A stretch of DNA of 64,000 nt from Archangium sp. (GTDB taxonomy: Bacteria > Myxococcota > Myxococcia > Myxococcales > Myxococcaceae), in the NCBI GenBank assembly GCA_031367385.1, contig JANLPS010000358.1, positions 1 to 64,000 of the forward strand, in the 5' to 3' direction. This document shows, one piece after another, positions 36,402-45,084 of the stretch (position 1 is the first letter of the stretch; every line of letters starts with the position of its first letter). The notes beneath the pieces are model-generated. The model did not search any database. It had not been told where the DNA came from and saw nothing but the letters and a program-made list of their open reading frames with translations. A program made the translations under genes and the position numbers.

Positions 36402-39239
36402 ATGAAGAAATCGAAAAAATCAGCCACCGCGCAGTCGGGTGACGGCCTCGCCACGCTGGTCGAACGCGACCTGACCGCCCTCGCCACTTCGGGCACGCTG
36501 CCCATCGGCCACGGCCTCGAACAAGCGGCCGCCGAGCTGGTCACCCTGCTCACCCGCGGGGGCAAGTCGCCGCTGCTGGCCGGAGACCAGGGCGTCGGCA
36601 AGAGCGCCATCGTTCAAGAGGTCGCGCGACGCATCGCGCAGGGCAACGTGCCCGAGGGGCTCAAGGGCGCCCGCGTGCTCGAGCTCACCGCCGCTGGCAT
36701 CTTCGCCCGAACCAACACGCCCAAAGGCGCCGCCGAGCTGTTCGAGGAGCTGCTCGAGACCCTGGGCGCCGTGCCCGGCACGCTGGTCTTCATGCGCGAT
36801 GTTGGCCTGGTCACCGGCAGCTCACTGGTGCCGGTCTTGATTCGCGCGCTCCGCTCGGCCCGCCTGCGCTTCATCTTCGAGAGCGACCTGCGCCGTGGCA
36901 ACGAGCTGCTGCGCAGTGACGAGACGCTCGCTGAGAAGCTGCACCTGGTGGTCGTCAACGAGCCGACCATCGAGCGCGCACGGTGGATTGTCGGCCGCGC
37001 CGCCGAAGACCTGGAGCTCGAAGCCGGGTTGCCCATCGACCCCTCGGCCTGCGACCTGGCCCTGCGGCTCTCGGTGAAGTTCTTGCTCGCCCAGCGGCTG
37101 CCGCGAAAGGCCCTCGAGCTGTTGCGCGAAACCGTCGCCGAGGCCTCGGGCGCCTCGAGAGACCGCGTCACCGGTGAAGACGTGCTCGCCCGCTTCTGCG
37201 CCGCCACCCGCCTGCCCCGCTTCATGGCCGACGACGCCTTGCCGCTCGACTTCGATGAGGTCGCACGCTTCTTCGGCAGCCGCCTGCTGGGCCAGACCGA
37301 CGCGGTTCAGGCGGTGTTGCGCTCGGTCGCGCTGCTCAAGGCCGGCCTCAACAACCCGCGACGGCCGCTGGGTGTGTTTCTCTTCGCGGGGCCCACCGGC
37401 GTCGGCAAGACCCACCTGGCCAAGCTGCTCGCGGAGTACCTGTTCGGCTCGCATGACCGGTTGGTGCGGCTCAACATGGCCGACTACCCCGACTTCGGCG
37501 ATGAGCAGGTGCTCTTCGGCAACCCGTGGGCCCAGGGCGCCGACGGCAAGCGCGGCGAGCTCACCCGGCTGCTCGATTCGCGGGTCTTCACCGTGTTGCT
37601 GCTCGACGAGTTCGAGAAGGCGCACGCCAAGTGCCACGACCGGTTTCTGCAGCTCTTCGACGAAGGGCAGTTCATCAACGCCGCCGGTGAGACGGTGCCG
37701 TGCAACAACACGCTCATCGTCTGCACCTCGAACGTAGGGGCCGAGGTGTACCGCGAGGGCTCGATTGGTTTCGCCGCCAGCCGCACCGACGACGAGCTGC
37801 TCGCCGAGGTCGACCGCCGCATCGCGACCACCTTCAGGCCTGAATTTCTCAATCGTTTCGATGCGATGTGCCACTTTCGCCCGCTGGGCAGGGTCGAGAT
37901 TCGCCGCATCGCGCAGCGCGAGGTGGGCCGGGTGCTCGAGCGAGAAGGCATTCGGGCGCGGCAGCTCGATGTCGAAATCGCTCCCGAGGTGGTCGAGCTG
38001 TTGGTCGAGCGCGGGTACTCGCCGACGCATGGCGCGCGGTACCTGCAACGTGAAATCGAGAAAACCCTCACCGCGGCATTGGCGGTCGAGATTGCGCGGC
38101 AGCCGCTGCCCGCGGGCACTCCGGTGAAGGTGGTGGCGCACAAGGGCGGCGTGCATGCGATTGCCGAGCCCAAGGTACGCAGGGTGCGCGAGGCCACGGC
38201 GCAGGCGCAGCTGCCGAGCGGAGGCGCTCAAGTTCAACGGCGCAAGCTCGACGCGCGCTCGCTGCTGGCCGAGGCAGAGGCGTTGATTGGCCGGGCCGCC
38301 GGAGTCTCATCGGCCACCAAACGCACCGAGCTCGAAGCGCGACGCCGAGAGCTGCTCGCCGCCTCGCAGGCCCCCGGCTTTTGGGACGACGCGGAGCGTG
38401 CGGCGTCGGTCTTGCGCGCCTTTCGAACCGCCGAGGTGCAGCTCGCCGAGCTCGATCGACTGCGCGAGCTGTGCCAGGTGGCGCGGCGGCGAGCACGTGA
38501 AGCGAAGGGCGACATGCAGCTGGCCGCAGCGGTGCGGGCGGTTGAAGAGGCCGCGCGCGAAGTGCAGCTGGCCGAGGCCCGGGTGGCGTCGGGCACGGCG
38601 GGCACCGTCGATGACGCGTGGCTCGACGTCTCGGCCGCCCTCGAAGGAGAAGCGGGCGAAGCGTGGGTGCGCGAGCTGGTCTCGATGTACCTGGGCTGGG
38701 CCGAGCGGCGTGGGTACGAGGCGAAGGTGGTGGCTGAATCAGAGACGCCGCGCAGGGCGGTGCTGCACCTGCATGGGCCTGGCGTGTTCGGGTTTCTCTC
38801 GGGTGAGCGCGGGTTGCACCGGCGCATCGACGATGGCTCGCGGCAGGCGGCCTACGTGAGGTTGTCGAAGCCGTCGAACGCACCGATTGAGTTGCCCGAG
38901 ACGCTCGAGGTGGTCGGGCGCGAAGTCAAGCGGCGCGCCGGGCGGTTCGTCGAGCGGGTGGCGAGTGAGGCACAGGCCCGAGATGAGCGCACGGGCCGCG
39001 AGCTGCAGCTGTCGGGCGCGGGGTCGGTGACGGAGTTGCGCGCGTTGACTGCGGTGGTGCTCGAGCTGCAGGGTGAAGGCGGGCTCGAGGTGCGGCGGTA
39101 CTTCGTGGGGCGCAGCGCGAGAGTCGAAGACCCGAGAACCGGCGAGGCGACCCCGCGGGTCAAAGACGTGCTGCGAGGCGAAATCGACCTGTTCATCGCC
39201 GGGTGGATTACGCGGCCCCCCGACACGCTTCAGGCATGA
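36402..39239 (+). CDS. ClpA/B-type double AAA+ ATPase fused to a C-terminal RF2-like (PCRF) release-factor domain
   Basis: Clp part: GDQGVGKS, LPRKALELL, LLGQTDAV, PRRPLGVFLFAGPTGVGKT, LLLDEFEKAH, FRPEFLNRFD, GARYLQREIE. RF part: PGFWDD, MYLGWAERRGY, GERGLHR, VRRY...RVEDPRTG...VLRGEIDLFI. Confidence 0.88.
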   Translation: MKKSKKSATAQSGDGLATLVERDLTALATSGTLPIGHGLEQAAAELVTLLTRGGKSPLLAGDQGVGKSAIVQEVARRIAQGNVPEGLKGARVLELTAAGIFARTNTPKGAAELFEELLETLGAVPGTLVFMRDVGLVTGSSLVPVLIRALRSARLRFIFESDLRRGNELLRSDETLAEKLHLVVVNEPTIERARWIVGRAAEDLELEAGLPIDPSACDLALRLSVKFLLAQRLPRKALELLRETVAEASGASRDRVTGEDVLARFCAATRLPRFMADDALPLDFDEVARFFGSRLLGQTDAVQAVLRSVALLKAGLNNPRRPLGVFLFAGPTGVGKTHLAKLLAEYLFGSHDRLVRLNMADYPDFGDEQVLFGNPWAQGADGKRGELTRLLDSRVFTVLLLDEFEKAHAKCHDRFLQLFDEGQFINAAGETVPCNNTLIVCTSNVGAEVYREGSIGFAASRTDDELLAEVDRRIATTFRPEFLNRFDAMCHFRPLGRVEIRRIAQREVGRVLEREGIRARQLDVEIAPEVVELLVERGYSPTHGARYLQREIEKTLTAALAVEIARQPLPAGTPVKVVAHKGGVHAIAEPKVRRVREATAQAQLPSGGAQVQRRKLDARSLLAEAEALIGRAAGVSSATKRTELEARRRELLAASQAPGFWDDAERAASVLRAFRTAEVQLAELDRLRELCQVARRRAREAKGDMQLAAAVRAVEEAAREVQLAEARVASGTAGTVDDAWLDVSAALEGEAGEAWVRELVSMYLGWAERRGYEAKVVAESETPRRAVLHLHGPGVFGFLSGERGLHRRIDDGSRQAAYVRLSKPSNAPIELPETLEVVGREVKRRAGRFVERVASEAQARDERTGRELQLSGAGSVTELRALTAVVLELQGEGGLEVRRYFVGRSARVEDPRTGEATPRVKDVLRGEIDLFIAGWITRPPDTLQA

Positions 39240-39240
39240 C

Positions 39241-39296
39241 CCCGTTCGTCGTGAGCGAAGTCGAAGGACCCCCGCTCACGCTTCCAACAGCTCAAC
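39241..39296. repeat. Possible single degenerate REP/MITE-like palindromic element
   Basis: cccgttcgtcgtgagcgaagtcgaagga followed by a decayed inverse arm (cttccaacagctca). Only one copy in the window. Confidence 0.3.
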
Positions 39297-39553
39297 TCGC
39301 GCGCCCCTGGGAGCAGGAACACATTCTGCTGCACCTCGGCGAAGTACCGCGCGTGCAAGCGGCAAAAACTGATCAGACCCCTTGCCGATGTGCCGGTGAA
39401 TCGCCGATCGCGGCACGATCACATCGAGCGCACGCAGCGCCCTCGCCCACGCGTCGACGGGCAGAGAGTTGGGTCGACCAACCTGCCATCGATGTCGAGC
39501 AAGACGAGCATCGCGCTTCTACCCCGGCGGCCAACCCGCTATTCCTCCTCCGC

Positions 39554-40060
39554 ATGCCGACTCCGACCATCGTTCACACACTCGACGTTCAAGACCCGGA
39601 CAACTCGACCTACCCGGGTCAAACCGAGCTGCTCTCGATTGGAGCGCCCTTCGCGCAGCTGATGGGCCTGCACCACTTGGCGGTGCACCACGAGCTGCTG
39701 CCTCCGGGCCGGCGCACCAGCTGCGCGCACGCGCACGAATCAGAAGACGAGTTCGTCTACGTCATCGAGGGCACGCCCGACTTGTTTCTCGACGGAGTGC
39801 TCCACCGGCTCAAGCCCGGCTCGGCGGCCGGGTTTCCCGCCGGCACGGGGCACTCACACACGATGATCAACAACACCACCGAGCCGGTGCGCCTGCTGGT
39901 CGTCGGAGAACCTGCCCGGGTGCGCGCCCGTATTCACTACCCGCTCGACCCAATGCGAAACGAAGCGGCCACCAAGAACAACCGCCACTGGCACGATGCG
40001 CCCGTGCTGCCCATGGGGCCCCACGATGGCCTGCCCGACGCGCTGCGAAAGAAGCCGTGA
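39554..40060 (+). CDS. Cupin-domain protein
   Basis: LPPGRRTSCAHAHESEDEFVYVIEG...AGFPAGTGHSHTMINN. Confidence 0.88.
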   Translation: MPTPTIVHTLDVQDPDNSTYPGQTELLSIGAPFAQLMGLHHLAVHHELLPPGRRTSCAHAHESEDEFVYVIEGTPDLFLDGVLHRLKPGSAAGFPAGTGHSHTMINNTTEPVRLLVVGEPARVRARIHYPLDPMRNEAATKNNRHWHDAPVLPMGPHDGLPDALRKKP

Positions 40061-40205
40061 ACGCTCGCGCCAGCCAAGTCCTACATCCTCGCACTTCCTA
40101 CAAAGAGGCCCGCGCCGATATGCCCCCAGGGGGCTGTACGTTCTGCTGCCGCACAGCTTGTTTTGACTCCGGGTGCCGGCGACCGCGAAAGCGATTCGTC
40201 GTCAG

Positions 40206-40256
40206 CCACCGACGCCGCGTTGGTGCATTCGCGGCGTCGGTGGGCAGTTTTTTTTT
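40206..40256 (+). terminator. Intrinsic terminator
   Basis: 14-bp perfect stem CCACCGACGCCGCG / CGCGGCGTCGGTGG followed by a T9 run at 40248-40256, between convergent genes. Confidence 0.85.
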
Positions 40257-40267
40257 GGAAGCGCCCT

Positions 40268-40729
40268 TTAGAACGGCGCGTCTTCATCGCCCGGAGGCGG
40301 AATCTGCGACATGTCGTGACCCCCGCTCCCACCGCCACCGCCTTGACGCGCAATCTCGGCCTCGATGGCCGCCAGCAACACGCGCTCTTTGTCGTGAAAC
40401 CGGGCCTTGGTCGGGTCTGAGAGCGAGCGGCGCGAGCCATTCGCGTAGAAATCGAGGTCTTGCATCGTGGCGCCCGAAATCGGCATGCCCTTCGAGCGGC
40501 CGTAGGGAGGAAACACCATTCCACCATCTCCGCCGCCGCCGCCGCTGGGCACCGAGCGGAGCCCGGGGCCTCGTGACGCCGCGCTCGCGACAGGCTGCGA
40601 GCCGATGCTGAGCTCTCCCAGCTTCAGGCTGAAGCCCTCGCCGGTTTTGGTGGCCGTGCCGACCCGAACCTCTTCGACCGACCCGTCTTGGCGCTGCACG
40701 CTGACTGTGACTGCGTAGGTTTCGCTCAT
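40268..40729 (-). CDS. Hypothetical protein with Gly-rich linkers and an SSB-like acidic C-terminal tip
   Basis: High GC3 codon pattern, FPPYGRSKGMPI motif, and C-terminus GGGGGSGG...PPPGDEDAPF. Confidence 0.75.
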   Translation of the reverse strand: MSETYAVTVSVQRQDGSVEEVRVGTATKTGEGFSLKLGELSIGSQPVASAASRGPGLRSVPSGGGGGDGGMVFPPYGRSKGMPISGATMQDLDFYANGSRRSLSDPTKARFHDKERVLLAAIEAEIARQGGGGGSGGHDMSQIPPPGDEDAPF

Positions 40730-40761
40730 GGGCTTTCAAAAATCAGTCGCCCCGCGCGAAG

Positions 40762-40977
40762 TCAATGCCCGATGGAAATCGTCTGCCCGCATTTCGGGCA
40801 TCGGGGCTTGTACTTGCTGACGCTCCCCGCCCACCCGCAGCTCGAGCACTGCACGTCAGCGTGATGCGGGTCGGCCTTCGGAGCCGCCAGCATTCGCCGC
40901 ACGATGTACGCCCCCACCACCAGCGCCACCACGAAGCCGACCTTGGCTCCGTAGTGCGAGAGGAGCTCAGCCATCAC
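40762..40977 (-). CDS. Small membrane-anchored zinc-ribbon protein
   Basis: One TM helix, then CSSCGW...CPKCG. Overlaps the stop of the upstream OmpA gene. Confidence 0.7.
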   Translation of the reverse strand: MMAELLSHYGAKVGFVVALVVGAYIVRRMLAAPKADPHHADVQCSSCGWAGSVSKYKPRCPKCGQTISIGH

Positions 40978-42686
40978 TGCACGACGATGTTGAACTCGAC
41001 GCGGCGGTTGTTCTCACGGCCCGCCGGGGTGTCATTCGTATCGGCTGGCTTCTCTTGCCCAAACCCGACCGGCACCAGGCGCTTGTCGTCGACGCCCTTC
41101 TTCACCAGGTAGGCCTTCACCGAGTTGGCCCGGTCTTGGCTGAGCGTCTTGTTGTGCTCGGCGGTGCCCACGCTGTCGGTGTGGCCTTCGACCTGCACCA
41201 GGGCAATCTCCGGGTGCTCGGTCATCACTGACGCGACCTGGTCGAGCAAGCCATTCGACTTCTTCAAGATGGTCGCCTTGTTGGTATCGAAGAAGACCTT
41301 CTCTTTGATGATCAGCTTCTCTTTGGTGATGATCACCAGCTGCTTCTTCGCCGCCGGGCACCCCTGGTTCTCTTTGACGCCGGCCTCTTTGGGGCAGTTG
41401 TCGAGGTAATCGGGCACGCCGTCGCCGTCTTGGTCGGGCCACGGGCAGCCCTTGTTCTCGACCGGGCCGGCCTGGTCGACGCAGCCATCGAGGCGGTCGA
41501 CAATGGTGTCGCCGTCTTGGTCGGTGTCGGGGCAGCCCTTGTTCAAGGCCGGGCCTGCGAGGGTCGGGCACGAGTCATTCGGGTCGATCAACCCGTCTTT
41601 GTCGGTGTCGGGCCATGGGCAGCCCTTGTTGCCAGGAGCGCCCGGCGTGTCGATGCACGCGTCTAATCGGTCGACCACCGAGTCTTGGTCTTTGTCGGTG
41701 TCGGGGCAGCCCTTGTTCTCAGCGGGGCCCTTCATGTTCGGGCACGCATCGAGAAAGTTCGACACGTTGTCTTCATCGATGTCGAGGTCTGGGCAGTCGG
41801 CCAACTCGTACGGCTGCCCCTCGATGCACGGAGGCTTGGTCATGCTCACGTTGGCGAAGGCGATGCCGCCGTAGGCGCGCAGGTACGGGGTCGAGGGCTC
41901 TCCGAAGTAGCCGGGGCCGACCGAGGCGAAGAGCTCGAGGGCACCCACCGGGTAACGAACGCCGATCTGCCCTTCGACACCAGCGCGGCCGCCACCGGCG
42001 AGCGAGACGAAGCCGCGCACGCTGAACTCGGTGCGCAGGCCGGGCCCGACCGAGCCGATCATGCCGCCGATGCCGATTTGCGAGCCGACCTTGTCAGCGC
42101 GGCTGAAGGTCACCGGGGTGTAGTCGACCACCTGGCGAATCAGGCCTTCGAGCTGCAGGCCGAGCTGAAAGGTCGAGTAGACCTTGCCCAGGTTCAAGCG
42201 GGGCAGCACTTCGACGCCGCCGTTGCCCTGCGCCGCCGCCGAACCCACGGGTATGCCGAGGCCCAAGCCGAACGAGAGGCTGACCGGGTGCGTGCTGTCG
42301 AGAATCATGATCTTGCCGTGCACCATCGGGTTGCCCAACCCCGCGCTCGCCGCGTTGATCGGCGCGATGCTGGTCTGGCTGAGCAGCACCGGCACGTTGG
42401 CGCCGAACTCGAGCCAGTCGGTCACGCCGAGCGCGCCGAACACCTGCAAGCCGAAGCGGTCAGAGATCGAGCCCGCGGCGCGGTCATTGAGCGAACGAAA
42501 CTGCGAAAAGGCGTAGGTCAGCGAGGCGCCGGCCCGAAACTCGAGCGCGCCCAGCGTCTGGCCGTTGCCCACCCACATCGAGCCACGCGCCGCCGGGTCG
42601 AGCCACACCTGCTCGTGGTCGGCAGTCGGAGTTGTCTGCGCCAGCGCCACCGAAGAGACCAAAGCCATCAGGATAGACGTACGCAC
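40974..42686 (-). CDS. OmpA-family outer membrane protein with beta-barrel, thrombospondin type-3 repeats and peptidoglycan-binding domain (TraB-like architecture)
   Basis: Signal peptide, DxDxDG..D..D.CP...G...NKGCP repeats, and VEGHTD...LSQDRA...NRRVEF. Confidence 0.9.
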   Translation of the reverse strand: MRTSILMALVSSVALAQTTPTADHEQVWLDPAARGSMWVGNGQTLGALEFRAGASLTYAFSQFRSLNDRAAGSISDRFGLQVFGALGVTDWLEFGANVPVLLSQTSIAPINAASAGLGNPMVHGKIMILDSTHPVSLSFGLGLGIPVGSAAAQGNGGVEVLPRLNLGKVYSTFQLGLQLEGLIRQVVDYTPVTFSRADKVGSQIGIGGMIGSVGPGLRTEFSVRGFVSLAGGGRAGVEGQIGVRYPVGALELFASVGPGYFGEPSTPYLRAYGGIAFANVSMTKPPCIEGQPYELADCPDLDIDEDNVSNFLDACPNMKGPAENKGCPDTDKDQDSVVDRLDACIDTPGAPGNKGCPWPDTDKDGLIDPNDSCPTLAGPALNKGCPDTDQDGDTIVDRLDGCVDQAGPVENKGCPWPDQDGDGVPDYLDNCPKEAGVKENQGCPAAKKQLVIITKEKLIIKEKVFFDTNKATILKKSNGLLDQVASVMTEHPEIALVQVEGHTDSVGTAEHNKTLSQDRANSVKAYLVKKGVDDKRLVPVGFGQEKPADTNDTPAGRENNRRVEFNIVVQ

Positions 42687-42792
42687 GAGACCTCCCGCTC
42701 AAAAGAAAACGAACGGTTCGCCGTAACAAACGGTACCGGTCGCATCTAGGAGAATCATCGGCCGGCCCGCGCACGCCGAGCGATTTACTGAA

Positions 42793-42820
42793 AATAACCA
42801 TAATTATAATCATGGTTATT
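42793..42820. promoter_or_regulatory. 28-bp AT-rich near-perfect palindrome; candidate transcription-factor operator
   Basis: AATAACCAT-A-ATTATAAT-C-ATGGTTATT (one mismatched pair), between divergent ompA-like and omp85-like genes. Confidence 0.7.
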
Positions 42821-42920
42821 ATGCCGCGAGTGTGGGTGCGTGCCCGGTATGGCTCAAGGTGGGCCGAGTGCGTACCCGATGCCTCGAGCCTGCTGTGGCA
42901 TCATGGCCGCAGGGGGTCTC

Positions 42921-44132
42921 ATGCTGTGGCTTTCGTTGTCAGTGGCGCTGGGCGCCGCTCTGGTCGCCCCGACGCGGGTCGACGCGGTTCGAGTCGAGGG
43001 GCTCTGGTTTTCGACCGAGGCGACGGTGCTGCGAGAGCTGCCCTTCGGGGTCGGCGAGCAGGTCACCCCCGCGCAGTGGCAGCTCTTCGAGACCCGGCTG
43101 TGGAACCTGGGCATCTTCAGCCAGGTCGAGCTGCGGCTGAGCCCCGAGAACGGCCAGATGGTCGCGGTGGTGAAAATCGAAGACCGCTTCCCCGTCAGCC
43201 CGATTCTTCGCGCCAACTTCGGAGGCGGGCAGTTTTTTCTATGGGCCGGTGTGACCGAGGTGAACTTGTTCGGGCGGGCCATCGAAGGGCGCGCATTTTA
43301 CGAGCGCTTCGGGTCGCAGAACGGGTTTCACGTGCACCTGCTCGACCCCAGGCTCTTCAACCGGCGCATCGCAGGCACCATCGAGGTCGAGTCGCTCGCC
43401 CAGCCTTTGCCCGAGCTGACCGTTCGCCGTGGGGCGGTGAGGCTCGCGTTCGAGACCAACGCGCCCGGCGTGACCGACGACCTGTTTCGCATCGGCGTCA
43501 AGCTCGAGGGCAACAGCGATGAGATCACCGCAGTGTCACCGCACGCGGTGAGCCTCAGCTCGAAGGCAATCGTCATCGGCCCCTACGTGCGCGTGGGCCG
43601 CATCGACACCGACCGGCTGCGGCTGCGCAATGGCTTCATCGAGGTACACGCTGACTCGGCCTCGAGCTCCGACCCGTTGTACCCCTTCGCAGAACGGCTG
43701 ACCCTCGAGGCTCAATGGTTTTGGGAGCTGGGCGCTCGCTTCAACCTCGGTACGCGGGTGCTCAGTGGGCTCGAAGTTGGAGCCAGGCCGCAAGACCGGT
43801 TCTACATCGGAGGTTTGGACAAGGTGCGCGGCTACGTCTACTCCGAGATTCGGGCGCAGAAGTACGCCACCGCCAACCTCGAGCTGCGCTTCATCGCGTT
43901 CGATTCGATGTGGTTCGCGGCGATGCCCATCGCGTTCGTCGATGGCGGCATGGCCCAGCGAGACACCGGTGAAGGCCAACCCCTCGCGAGTGTCGGCGCC
44001 GGGCTGCGGCTGATGGTGCCGCGCTTGCCCCGGTTCGGCATTCGCTTCGAGGTGGCGTTTCCCCTCGTCGGAACCCGGCAGACCGATGTCGGCCGGCCGG
44101 GCATCAACTTTGGGGCCTGGCACTACTTTTAA
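42921..44132 (+). CDS. Omp85/BamA-TamA superfamily outer membrane protein with a single POTRA domain
   Basis: POTRA VRVEGL..T...VLREL...RLWNLGIFSQV, E.NLFGR, IGG...VRGY, FVDGG, SVGAGLR, and terminal Phe. Confidence 0.85.
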   Translation: MLWLSLSVALGAALVAPTRVDAVRVEGLWFSTEATVLRELPFGVGEQVTPAQWQLFETRLWNLGIFSQVELRLSPENGQMVAVVKIEDRFPVSPILRANFGGGQFFLWAGVTEVNLFGRAIEGRAFYERFGSQNGFHVHLLDPRLFNRRIAGTIEVESLAQPLPELTVRRGAVRLAFETNAPGVTDDLFRIGVKLEGNSDEITAVSPHAVSLSSKAIVIGPYVRVGRIDTDRLRLRNGFIEVHADSASSSDPLYPFAERLTLEAQWFWELGARFNLGTRVLSGLEVGARPQDRFYIGGLDKVRGYVYSEIRAQKYATANLELRFIAFDSMWFAAMPIAFVDGGMAQRDTGEGQPLASVGAGLRLMVPRLPRFGIRFEVAFPLVGTRQTDVGRPGINFGAWHYF

Positions 44133-44142
44133 AGCGAGAAGC

Positions 44143-45084
44143 CTACGGCTTGACGATCAACCCGGTGGCCGGGTCGATGCGCGGCGTACCCTTCGAGGTG
44201 TTCGAGAAGCTGGTGGTGACGCCGTCTGCGATGTCGATGCCCCAAGCTTTGATCAGCGCGACCGGGTCGATGAACTTCGCCGAGCCCTTGCCGGCGAGCT
44301 TCGAGATGACGCCCGACATTTCGACCCCGGTGACCTTGCCGTCATTCACGTCGAGGTGGCCGGTGAACATCACCTTCTTGCCGCGACCCAGGTCGGGGTT
44401 GGTGAGAATGGTGCCTTCGCCAGGCAAGCGCCGCGTCGCCGGCAAGCAGTGCAGCGAGCCGTCTTCGAGCACCGCGAAATTCGCCGACCACTTCTGGCCT
44501 TCGCTGCCGCGCGCGTACAGGTTCGCGTCGTGGTCGCCGTGGTCGTAGTTCTCGGTGACGAGGCCGCGCCCACCGGTGCTCTGAATGTAATCGACCGTGT
44601 CTTCTTCGGGGTCGGCGGTGCCCTTGACGTCGATTTGCGTCAGCGGCTGATCAATCGCCTTGTCGGCGGCCAGCGACTCCGGAGTGATCTCGGTGTAGCG
44701 AAAGCCCATCACGCCCTTCGCGTCGTTCGCGCCAGCGGTCACGCCATAGGTGTTGTACTTCGGGTTGTCGGCCGCATAGACAGCCGCGCCGTCGAGCTTC
44801 GCCTTGGCCAGCAACGCCCTGACCGCCGGAGGCACCTCGGTGCCGCCAAAAGTGGTCTTCGATGCAACGTACTTGGGTTGATCTGAACGAATGAAGACGT
44901 CGGCACCCGACTCGAGCACCACGCCCGGGTCGCTCTTGAGCGCCACCAGCGCGCCGAGCTCCTCGGCGTCGATCTGCCCGTCGTTGTTCTTGGCGATGTA
45001 CCGCGCGGTCTCCATCTCGCGAGGCGTGATCTTGCCGTCGGCGGCCGCAGCAGTGAGGTAGCTCTTGAACCCAGTGATCGACAT
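44143..45084 (-). CDS. Hypothetical protein with N-terminal EF-hand-like motifs and an uncharacterised C-terminal domain
   Basis: GGGAG RBS before ATG 45084, DGKITPRE and DGQIDAEE motifs, no signal peptide. Confidence 0.7.
   Translation of the reverse strand: MSITGFKSYLTAAAADGKITPREMETARYIAKNNDGQIDAEELGALVALKSDPGVVLESGADVFIRSDQPKYVASKTTFGGTEVPPAVRALLAKAKLDGAAVYAADNPKYNTYGVTAGANDAKGVMGFRYTEITPESLAADKAIDQPLTQIDVKGTADPEEDTVDYIQSTGGRGLVTENYDHGDHDANLYARGSEGQKWSANFAVLEDGSLHCLPATRRLPGEGTILTNPDLGRGKKVMFTGHLDVNDGKVTGVEMSGVISKLAGKGSAKFIDPVALIKAWGIDIADGVTTSFSNTSKGTPRIDPATGLIVKP

Noticed and set aside
38300..39239. A genuine prfB (RF2) gene with programmed frameshift
   Set aside because: It is in frame with the Clp ATPase, lacks GGQ and SPF, and I saw no CTT-TGA frameshift site.
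40974..42686. Calling this gene traB
   Set aside because: The architecture fits, but no traA-like gene is adjacent and myxobacteria have several such paralogs.
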